Shown here: positions 37,139 through 47,299 of the stretch, in pieces | How the letters are laid out: the number at the start of each line of letters is the position of its first letter | How positions within the stretch are numbered: position 1 is the stretch's first letter | Origin: Macrostomum hystrix | Taxonomy: Eukaryota > Animalia > Platyhelminthes | NCBI GenBank assembly: GCA_950097015.1 | Contig: CATNEN010000029.1 | Location: 434,001 to 498,000, forward strand | Length of the DNA: 64,000 nucleotides | Direction: 5' to 3' | Notes under the pieces: model-generated | Seen by the model: the letters and a program-made list of their open reading frames with translations, nothing else | What the model was told of the DNA's origin: nothing | Databases searched by the model: none | Translations under genes and position numbers: made by a program

Positions 37139-40100
37139 ATGCTGAGCCAAAGACAAGGGCATGAGTCTAGCTCACCAGTATGGATGGATGGCCCTCTGCA
37201 GCAACAGCAGCAGCAGCAGCAGCGGTTTGTTCAGCATTGCCAGTTGCATCAGCATCAACTTTTTGAAGACAAAAAACCTCCAGTTGAGTCCATTGTCTTC
37301 GACAGTTCGGCCACTCATTCTTTTCTGACGGTTGCGGAGGTCGACAAGCGTAAGAGCGGCGTCGACGGTGATACGAATGGCGACGAGCTGAATCAACAAC
37401 AGCAGCAACAGCAGCAGCAGCAGCAGCAGCAGTTGGGCATTGATTGTGTGGTCTGCGGTGACAGGGCGTCAGGTGAGGCTATCATAAAATGGGAATTTTT
37501 GTTAATCTGCGTTTAGATAGAATGCATGGGGTTGTGCGAGCGAAAAACTCAAACAAAAATAAAGAAAAAAATAGGAGCAATATGAACTGAAGGCACAGCC
37601 GCAGTTATTGCCCACGCATCGAACCGCTTTGTACAGCTGTTCAGTCCATGGTCAGGGGCGGCCGCCAGACCTTCCAAAATGACTTCCCCAACTGATTCTG
37701 GTAACAATTTTACAGCTTGCTCAACGTCACCATCGTTTCTGTTGGGCTGAGATTCGAACTCCGGACCTGTTGTATATCTCTGCTTGGCTACCTAGCTGCA
37801 TTTTTAGTAGTTTATTATTATCAAAGAATAGTACTTGCAATACTCAGTGCCCATCGATTGAATTCTCTCAGGCAAACACTATGGCCAGTTCTCGTGCGAG
37901 GGCTGCAAATCGTTCTTTAAGCGTTCGGTTCGGCGCAACCTCACCTACAGTTGCCGTGGAAACGGCGTCGGCGGCGCCTGCCCGGTGGACACGCAGCACC
38001 GGAACCAGTGCCAGAAATGCCGATTCGACAAGTGCCTCGCCCTGGGGATGCGTCGCGAAGCTGTTCAACGAGGCCGGGGCGGATTGTCGCCAATTCGTTC
38101 CCGAGCGAATTTTCAGCTGCCCGTGTCGGTAGGTGTTGTGTCAGGTGTTGTGTCAGGTGTTGTGTCAGGTGTTGTGTCAGGTGTTGCGTCAGGTGTTGTA
38201 TCAGGTGATGCGTCAGGTGTTGTGTCAGGTGTTGCATCAGGTGTTGTATCAGGTGATGCGTCAGGTTTTGTGTCAGGTGTTGTGTCAGGTGTTGTGTCAG
38301 GTGTTGTGTCAGGTGTTGTGTCAGGTGTTGTGCCAGGTGTTGAGTCAGGTGTTGCATCAGGTGTTGTATCAGGTGTTGCGTCAGGTGTTGTGTCAGGTGT
38401 TGTGTCAGGTGTTGAGTCAGGTGTTGTGTCAAGTGTTATATCTGGTGTTATGTCAGGTATTTTGTCAGGTGTTGTGTCAGGTGTTTGTGTCAGGTGTTGT
38501 GTCCGGTGTTGTGTCAAGTGTTGTGTCGGGTATTGTATCAGGGGTTGTGTCAGGTGATGTGTCAGGTGTTGAGTCAGGTGTTGTGTCAGGATGGAGTGAT
38601 TTATAACAGTTCTTTAATCTATTCCTCAATGATCCACAAGATCCCATATGAGATTCTGAAATAAAATAGATACCATATCCGACTAATGTTTTAGGTGTCT
38701 CCCTACGCGCCAAACAGTGGCTGGTGCTACAGTAACACATCGCCCCAGCAGCAGCAGCAGCAGCAAATCAGTGCCTGCTTCTCAAGCCTGCTCAGCAGTC
38801 TGGTTTGGACTGACCACCATCCACTGGCCTTGCCGCCCTGCTCCAGGCTGCCGCAGTCGCCGCCGACTTACCCGGATGTCGGCAACATCGGCTGCTGCTC
38901 CGGCGACTGGGTCCGGCAGCTGCTTTTCAGAGCGGTCTGCTGGGCCAGGAGGGCGCCATTCTTTGCCGACCTGAGCCAAGCCGACCAGCTGTGCCTCCTG
39001 CAGTCCAGCTGGGGACAGCTGATCGCGCTGACGCACCTGCAGCAGGTGGGGGTGCGGGGAGATGCCACGGGGATAATTGTCCACCAAGAGAGAGGGAAAC
39101 CACGGGATAATTGTCCAACAAGAGAGTGGGAAACCAGTGGGATAATTGTCCACCAAGAGAGTGGGAAACCACGGGGATAATTGTCCACCAAGAGAGTGGG
39201 AAACCACGGGATAATTGTCCATCAAGTGAGTGGGAAACCACAAGGATAATTGTCCACCAAGAGAGTGGGAAACCACGGGATAATTGTCCACCAAGAGAGT
39301 GGGAAACCACGGGATAATTGTCCAACAAGAGAGTGGGAAACCACGGGGATAATTGTCCAACAAGAGAGTGGGAAACCACGGGATAATTGTCCAACAAGAG
39401 AGTGGGAAACCACGGGATAATTGTCCACCAAGAGAGTGGGAAACCACAAGGATAATTGTCCATCAAGAGAGTGGGAAACCACGGGGATAATTATACACCA
39501 AGAGAGTGGGAAACCACGGGGATAATTGTCCACCAAGAGAGTGGGAAACCACGGGGATAATTGTCCACCAAGAGAGTGGGAAACCACGGGGATAATTGTC
39601 CATCAAGAGAGTGGGAAACCACAAGGATAATTGTCCACCAAGAGAGTGGGAAACCACGGGGATAATTGTCCATCAAGAGAGGGGGAAACCACAAGGATAA
39701 TTGTCCACCTAGAGAGTGGGAAACCACGGGGATAATTGTCCATCAAGTGAGTGGGAAACCACGGGGATAATTGTCCACCAAGAGAGTGGGAAACCACGGG
39801 ATAATTGTCCACCAAGAGAGTGGGAAACCACGGGATAATTGTACACCAAGAGAGTGGGAAACCACGGGATAATTGTCCACCAAGAGAGTGGGAAACCACG
39901 GGGATAATTGTCCATCAAGTGAGTGGGAAACCACAAGGATAATTGTCCACCAAGAGAGTGGGAAACCACGGGGATAATTGTCGACCAAGAGAGTGGGAAA
40001 CCACGGGGATAATTGTCGACCAAGTGAGTGGGTGTTGTCTTTCTACTGTTAGGAATGCAAATTCACTCATTACGCAGGCCGCAGAGGACGAGCAGTCAGG

Positions 40101-40560
40101 AGGATCCCTGTTCGCTGGCTTCGGCAGCCCCGCCGCGGCGGTCGCCCGTCTCCGCCAGATGCGAGCGGACACGGCCGAGCTGGCCTGCCTGAAGGCCCTG
40201 GCGCTGCTGAATCCGGACTGTCCGGGACTGCGCCAGCCCGCACAGGTGGAATCCGGCCAGGCCCGGGTGCAGTGGGCCCTAGCCGAGTACTGCCGCTTTA
40301 GACAGCCGAGCTCCTCCTTCACTGGCGGCGACAGTGGAAGCGGCGATCGTTTCGGCCGCCTGCTGCTGCGTCTACAGTCGATGGCCTCGACGCAGCCGCC
40401 GCCACCACCGGCGCCGACGCAGCTGGAGGCGGGGCGACTGATGCGCGACCTTCTTATCGGGCCGCAGCCGCACCCACCAGTGCCGCCACCTCCGCCGCAG
40501 CCGCCTCATGCATCAACCGCTACAATTTCAGGGCAACGCTTTGCTGGCTACTTGCAGTAG
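37139..40560 (+). CDS. NR2F: Nuclear receptor of the COUP-TF/seven-up (NR2F) subfamily, divergent, 4 exons, about 474 aa
   Basis: Exons 37139-37472, 37872-38128, 38695-39045 and 40078-40560 are phase-consistent GT-AG. The DBD reads [37 protein letters not shown]...[27 protein letters not shown], which matches the recalled COUP-TF DBD including [21 protein letters not shown] and [14 protein letters not shown] motifs: [55 protein letters not shown]. Confidence 0.88.
37590..37775 (-). mobile_element. Degenerate SINE family B-related fragment (COUP-TF intron 1); a shorter fragment lies at about 31400-31490
   Basis: Shares GCACAGCCGCAG and CTGTTCAGTCCATGG plus a B-box-like GATTCGAACTC with the family B copies. 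Confidence 0.45.
38133..38590. repeat. 12-bp minisatellite in COUP-TF intron 2
   Basis: Unit GTGTTGTGTCAG, starting 4 nt after the donor GT at 38129. Confidence 0.95.
39067..40024. repeat. 34-35-bp minisatellite filling COUP-TF intron 3
   Basis: Unit CCACGGGATAATTGTCCACCAAGAGAGTGGGAAA. Confidence 0.95.
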
Positions 40561-41518
40561 GATACTTTGGACGTATTACTTATTATTCGAGCCAGTAAAT
40601 GGTATATTATTTTTTAGTACATGTAGTCATTGCTTTTGTTTTTTCATTAAGCACTTAGAAGATCAATGCATTTCATGTTAGCCCTTAGCAACAGCAGCAA
40701 TAGTTCTATTGCTACAAATTTACCTTTTAAGCCTTCGTCTTAGTCTTGTAAGTTTGTGTTGTCTCGCCTCTTTATATGTTTTTTTAGATAATCTATAATG
40801 CCAAATGAAAGCCTAAGTGGTAGGTCATCTTTAAAAATGGTGCTTAAGCCTTGCATTTTTTTGTTAAAAATTAGCCAAATTTTATTGCAACTCGTTGTCG
40901 GTAAAAAAACATCACACCAAAAGCTGAAATAAAAACATTTTTTTGTCTTCACAAGGACAAATACAACACTGTAAGTAATTGTTTAGAAAAAAATGTATTT
41001 TTTTCATTGGTTTGAAAATGGAAGACCGAGTTAGATTGCTCTTGTATTGATTGTCTAGTTTGTACAGTGATCACGTGACACAACGTTGATTCTCGGAATG
41101 TTAATTTTATTAGCTTAAAAATATTATAAAAATAGAAAAGGTTTAAAAACTAAAAAAACTTACTATATTGTTACACTATAAAAAAGTAATATGCGACAAA
41201 TAATTGCCAGCACATTTACGATTGCACACTCAGTAAAAAGCATTTAGCGGCACCGCGAAAATCTGATAATTGTCTATGGCTAAACTCGAATGTCTGTGCA
41301 ACTGCGATCTTTTTTTCTCGATGTCAGGTCAAGGACTTCTATAAATAGCAAAAAACATAGATGCTATGGATACAATATATAGAAGTCCTTAGTGCAAATA
41401 ATTTCTCCTTACTGATTCAATAGTCAATGGTAAAATCCGATTCGTAAAAGTCCACTAGTCTCTAAATCAGGTCTCTAGTCTCTAGGCAGCTCTCTAGTCT
41501 ATGGCCGAACCTCCATCA

Positions 41519-44500
41519 TCAAAGTCGGTCCACTATCCAATTTCCCTGCTCATTGTCGGCAGTGTTGAACTCTGGCTCAAAGCTTGCCGCGGCGGCGGCT
41601 GCGGCTGCCTCCTCTTCGGCGGCCAGACGGTCGCGCAGTTCGCCAAGCTCCTGACGCCAGGCGGCCTCGATGTCTCGCGCCTGGTCGGCCTCACGCTCGT
41701 CCATATGGCGCCTCCGCGCCGAAATCTCGCGCTCGGCCTCCTCGGACTGGCGCGAGGCGCGCTTGTCCAGCTCGGCCAATTCGCGGGCGGCCTTGGCCTC
41801 CAGCTCCGACAGCAGCTGGCGGGTCCGGTGGGCCTCCGATTCGTCGAATTCACGCTGCAGTCGGCGCTGGAGAGCCGCGTCCTCCGATGTGATTGGCTGG
41901 TTGGGCGGGGAAGGATGTGATTGGCTGGTTCGGCGGGGAATTATGTAATAGGCTGATTGGGCGGGGAAGGATGTGATTGGCTGGTTGGGCGGGGAAGGAT
42001 GTGATTGGCTGGTTCGGCGGGGAATTATGTAATAGGCTGATTGGGCGGGGAAGGATGTGGTTGGCTGGTTGGGTGGGGAAGGATCTGTGGCTGGATGGGC
42101 GGCGAAGGGATACTTCACGAGGGATTTGGGGATCTTTTACTATGGATTCTGGGATAATCAACAAAAGTGATTTTTTAATTTCACGACGAATTTAAAACTT
42201 TGAAAATTAAATATTATCTAGAATATTTGGGAAGGATTGAGCAAAGTTAAACGAGAGATTCGGGGATCTTTAAAGATGTAATTAGGAGTCATCAAATGAG
42301 GATTAGAATTGTCTTATTGGACAGAGCATTTTGACTGGGTTTTGACAAATCCTATAATTTTTTTAGACTACATTGTTGATCCCAAGCGAACCTTCGATCC
42401 CCGTGACGGCAGCTGCAGGCTGTCCCTGAAGGCGCTGGCTCGCACCGCTCGCTCCTCCTTGATGAGGCGCGGCCAGCCGCGGCGCTCCTCCACCTGGCGT
42501 CGAGCCAGGCCGTCTCGCTGCTCGTCCAGCCGTCGGCGCAGCTCCGCCGCCTCCAGCTCGCTCCGCTCATCCGCCAGCCGACGACGAAGGCGCCACCGGT
42601 CAGCCAGCTGACTTAGCCGGAGGTCACGCACCTCGGCTAGCCGGCGCTCCTCGGTTTCGGCTCGCTGACGACGCGCCCGAGACTCTAGTGCCAGTCGGGC
42701 TCGCTGACGCTCGCCGATTGAAGTCCTGGCGGCGTCGGCTTCTCGCTGAAGCCGCTGGAGGGCCGCCTCCAGCTCCTGTTTAGCCCGGGCCGCCTCGACT
42801 GCCCACCTGGCCGACAGCCGGTCTCGCTCCTCCGCTTGCACGGCGTCCAACTCCGCTTCAGCTTTGTGCTGCGCCCGTCCGCGCTGCTTCTGCTCGCGGA
42901 GCTCGGCACGCCTGACAAGTTTTGGGAGAATTGCGGATAGTTGCTAAGGGATTAGACGTGGTTGCTATGCGGTTAGACTTGGTTGCTATGGGGTTAGACT
43001 TGGTTGCTATGGTATTAGACGTTGGTCGCTATGGGACTAGATATGTTTGCTATGGGACTAGATATGTTTGCTATGGGATTATACGTGATTTCTATGAGAT
43101 TAGACGTGGTTGCTATGGGATTAGACACGGTTAATATAGGATTATACATGGTTGCTATACTGTATTTTAAAGCGCACCTGCTGAGAAACTGTTCCTGCAA
43201 CTTGCCCTCGTTCCCCTTGCGTACAGTGCGCATTGTGGTCGTAACAATGACATTGCCGCTGTCGTCAGTAAACACCCGCTTCTTGCTGATCACCACGGAG
43301 TCAGACTGCAAAAGGTAGCGGTTTCAGTGTTTACCTTTACGTTTTAAGAGACTTTCGACAGTTGCTACTATCAAAGCAGGAAGGCAGTAGAGTGAAACGC
43401 GAATTATTCATGCACAACAGTTTCTACGAGTACATTATTGTTTCTAAAAGCTAGAAAAAATCTTACGTCAGCCTCCGCAACGGAGGGAACCGACTTTTCG
43501 ATGTCCGCTGTCATGCTGCCACCGCCACCGCCGCCGCTCTCCAGCTGAACTATTGTGAAGTCGATTCCACCAGCAAGGGCTTCCAGCTCATCTTGCATCA
43601 CCAGCAGGACCACAGCAGGTATGCTGGGATCGCAGCCCTCGTCGGCGAGGACCTCCTCCAGAAGCTCCTGACACAATGAATCAGCCAGAGCATCCGTCCA
43701 TTGTGACTGCTGTTCAATTGAAGTCTAAAAATCGAACAAATGAAAAAAAATTGACTTTTCTTAGAGTTTAAGAAGCTAAAAAATAAAAAAAGCTACTGAC
43801 AGCAAAACCTGGCGGCGGCGCCAGTGTCTGATTTGGCTTCGACGCTGTTGAAGGTTTTGGCTTCGTTGCCGGCGGAAGCGTCGCTTTCTGTGCCGCTGTC
43901 GGTGTCGATGTTGGTGTCGGTGTCGATGTTGGTGTCGGTATCGATGTTGGTGTCGGTGTCGATGTTGGTGTCGGTGTCGATGTTGGTGTCGGTGTCGATG
44001 TTCGTGTCGGTGTCGATGTCGGTGTCGGTGTCGATGTTGGTGTCGGTGTCGATGTTGGTGTCGGTATCGATGTCAGTTGCGATATCGGTGTCGATTTCAG
44101 CGTTCCTTTCGGTGTCGATGTCGGCGTCGATGTCGCTGTCGAGATTGGTTTCGCCGAAGCTGCCGCCGGCCTGACCTCGACCTCCGGAGTAGCGCGCAGC
44201 TCGGAGACCAGGTTGCGCATGACCCGCCGATCGGTTTCGCTCAGTCCGACAAGAAAGTCACCAGCCAGTAGTTCGCCAGTTTTCGCCCGCATTTCGGGCG
44301 GCTTAACCAAGCACCTGGATAGAATGCTGTGAAAACTCGGCGACCACATGCTCTGCTTTGCAAGCCTGAAATTAGAAGGTAAATTCGAGGTTGCGCCATA
44401 TCTGTTGACTTGCTAAAGCCGGCTCTGACTCACTTTGGCGGATCTCCTTTAATGACGCGAATGATGACCCGAGCCGGCTGCAGGTTGTGATGCGGCGGCA

Positions 44501-45734
44501 GCATCTGGGCCAGCTCGATCAGCGTCACTCCGAGGCTCCAAACGTCGGCGCGTGAGTCGTATTTCTGAATATCTGTTGTCTCGCAGGCCATGACTTCGGG
44601 CGCCATCCAGTACTGCGAGCCAATGAACGTGCCGCGACGAGTCTCTGGCGAGTCGCCGATTGCCGAGACGCCAAAGTCTGCCAGTTTCACAACGGCGTCG
44701 GCGCTCAGCAAAACGTTTCCGGCCTTCACGTCGCGGTGTATGATGCCGTTTCCATGGAGATAGTGCAGCGCCCGGGTCATCTCCAGGCAGACAAACTTAA
44801 TTTGCGGCTCCGACAAGCCTCTGCGAAGGGGGCGAGTGGCAGAGTGGTTAACGCGGTCCCTGAGCTGGATTCCGCGGCGAGGCCACATTAATTCTGGGCG
44901 CAGCCGCGGAGAGAAGGCTTGAGGGCTGGGCTTGTCGTGCAATTTACGCCATTGAAGGAAAACCTCCAAGGCACAGTGAGAGTGTACACAGCCTGACGAT
45001 GAGAAAGTCAGGGCAGATGTACACACCTGCGTGAGCGTATGCCTGCGTTAAGTATCTGTGTGCGCGTGTGCTCAGGAGTCAGCGAAATGCGCAGAATTGC
45101 CTCCTCGCTGGCTGCGGGTCTAGTGTCACCAAATAATGTGCCATTGCTGCCCTCCTGTAATTATAATTAATAATCCTCTGCGAAGTGGGGGAGGTGGCAG
45201 AAAAAAGGTAGGAGCTGCCTTGTCGACAGTGGCAGAAGGAACTTCGCTCTCACCTGTCCAGCTCCATCATAACAGAGTCCAGAGCGCCCAGCTCGCAGAA
45301 CTCCAGGCAGAGCCACAGTTTGCTGCTATGCAGAAACGCATCCAACAGGCGAGTGATGTTAACGTGGGAACACCTGGCCAGGACGCTCACCTTGTGAATT
45401 AAGCGCGGACCAGATCAGAATGCTTTTTAAAGTCTTAGATTAAAATCATAAAAAATGTTGGATAATGCTCGAATTTTTTGCTCACCTCAGTCATGCTCTC
45501 TTCCAGATCCTCTTCGCTGTCGATGGACACCTGCTTGATGGCGGCCAACTCGCCAGTCTGCAGGTGTTTAGCTCGGAACACCTCGCCGAATGCGCCATCG
45601 CCGAGCTTCTCCTCCCTGGCCCAGGTGAGGAGGGGATCCACGCCGTGTTTCACCGCCGGGTGCAGCCGCAGCTTTGGCGACTCATTTTGACGCTTGCCCA
45701 ATCGGCCGTGCTTTAGAAACTCCAGTAGGCCCAT
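41519..45734 (-). CDS. SLK: STE20-family Ser/Thr kinase, SLK/STK10(LOK)/slik type, with C-terminal coiled coil, 8 exons, about 868 aa
   Basis: Exons (minus strand): 45734-45486, 45390-45254, 44820-44434, 44365-43801, 43724-43467, 43305-43178, 42911-42392, 41881-41519. Phases are consistent. Kinase motifs: LGDGAFGEV, AAIK, HRDVKAGN, DFG, YWMAPEVMACET, PPHHNLQPARVI. SLK-type C-terminus: KRVFTDDSGNVIVTTT...QFLSRRAELREQK, then a coiled coil. Confidence 0.9.
41888..42090. repeat. About 28-bp minisatellite abutting the last SLK splice acceptor
   Basis: Unit GATTGGCTGGTTGGGCGGGGAAGGATGT and variants. Confidence 0.85.
42940..43150. repeat. 21-bp minisatellite in SLK intron 6
   Basis: Unit GTTGCTATGGGATTAGACGTG and variants. 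Confidence 0.8.
43905..44130. repeat. 18-bp coding minisatellite in SLK exon 4 encoding (PTSTPT)n
   Basis: Unit GTCGATGTTGGTGTCGGT on the + strand, inside the open SLK frame. Confidence 0.85.
44826..45175 (+). mobile_element. tRNA-derived SINE, family A (antisense to SLK, intron 2)
   Basis: Head GGGGCGAGTGGCAGAGTGGTTAACGCG (tRNA-Ser-like A box) and GCTGGATTCC (degenerate B box). The body CGCAGCCGCGGAGAGAAGGCTT...CTCAGGAGTCAGCGAAA...CTGGCTGCGGGT is shared with 16775-17065 and 55775-56110. AT-rich (TAA/TTA) tail. Confidence 0.8.
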
Positions 45735-46029
45735 GCGATCAGCTGGCTGGGCTATGGGGCAAGGCATGTGTTGAATAGCTTTATCAAAACAGTTCACGCA
45801 AAGTTAAAATTGTCTATGCTATAATAAATATGACAAAGCAAAATTATTAGCTAATAACGCACATATTTATACAAATTAAGACTTAATGCACTTTAGCGCA
45901 GTAAAAATATTTTTTCACAATTAGATATGCACTAGCAAGTTTTGCCCCCCTTCGGAGAGCAGAAATACTTTTAATTCGTCTAGTATATACTTTGTAGCAG
46001 CTGAATTTACAGCTTTTTAAAGCTACAAT

Positions 46030-47282
46030 GAACCCCAGTTGACAATGATCCCCCAGTTGACAATGATCCCCCAGTTGACAATGAACCCCCAGTTGACAAT
46101 GAACCCCCAGTTGACAACGATCCCCCAGTTGACAATGATCCCCCATTTGACAATGATCCCCCAGTTGACAATGATCCCACAGTTGACAATGATCCCCCAG
46201 TTGACAAAGATCCCCCAGTTCACAATGATCACCCAGTTCATGATGATCCCCCAGTTGATGATGATCCCCCAGTTGAAAATGATCCCCCAGTTGACAATGA
46301 TCCCCCAGTTGACAATGATCCCCCAGTTAACAAAGATCCCCCAGTTCACAATGATCCCCCAGTTGATGAAGTCTCCCCATTGATGATGATCCCCAGTTAA
46401 CAATGTTCCTCCATTTGACAATGTTCCCCCAGTTGACAATGATCCCCCAGTTGATGATGATCACCCAGTTGACAATGATCCCCCAGTTGACAATGATCCC
46501 CCAGTTGACAATGATCCCCCAGTTGACAATGATCCTCCAGTTGATGATGATCCCCCAGTTGAAAATGATCCCCCAGTTGACAATGATCCCCCAGTTGAGA
46601 ATGATCCCCCAGTTGACAATGATCCCCCAGTTAACAAAGATCCCCCAGTTCACAATGGTCCCCCAGTTGATGAAGTCTCCCCATTGATGATGATCCCTAG
46701 TTAACAATGTTCCTCCAGTTGACAATGTTCCCCCAGTTGACAATGATCCCCCAGTTGACAACGATCCCCCAGTTGACAATGATCCCCCAGTTGACAATGA
46801 TCCCCCAGTTGACAATGATCCCACAGTATACAATGATCCCCCAGTTGACAAAGATCCCCCAGTTCACAATGATCCCCCAGTTGACAAAGATCCCCCAGTT
46901 CTCAATGATCCCCCAGTTGATGATGATCCCCAGTTGATGATGATTCCCCAGTTGACAATTATCCCCCAGTTGACCATTACCCCCCAGTTGACAATGATCT
47001 CTCAGTTCACAATGATCCCCCAGTTGACAATGATCCCCCAGTTGACAATGAACCCCCAGTTGACAATGAACCCCCAGTTGACAAAGATCCCCCAGTTGAC
47101 AATGATCCCCCATTTGACAATGATCCCCCAGTTGACAATGATCCCCCAGTTGACAATGATCCCCCAGTTGACAATGATCCCCCAGTTGACAATGATCCCC
47201 CAGTCGACAATTATCCCCCAGTTTACCATGATCCCCCAGTTCACCATGATCCCCATTTTGATGATGACTCCCCAGTTGACGT
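46030..47282. repeat. 18-bp minisatellite about 300 bp upstream of the SLK ATG
   Basis: Unit GTTGACAATGATCCCCCA. Confidence 0.95.
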
Positions 47283-47299
47283 TGATTTTTCAAACGCTG

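Noticed and set aside
41501-41948. Plus-strand ORFs overlapping the last SLK exon; likewise plus-strand ORFs over p62 (53065-53901)
   Set aside because: These are GC-rich antisense shadows of real coding exons.
44826-44890. tRNA gene (also 8605-8680, 12915-12990, 56040-56110)
   Set aside because: A/B-box-like motifs are present but no complete cloverleaf, and each is fused to a repeated SINE body.
44830-45026. N-terminal part of ORF 44430-45026 as kinase sequence (also ORFs 16461-17039 and the tail of 55933-56796)
   Set aside because: The shared peptide SPQAFSPRLRP is translated SINE A sequence. The kinase exon starts at the acceptor at 44820.
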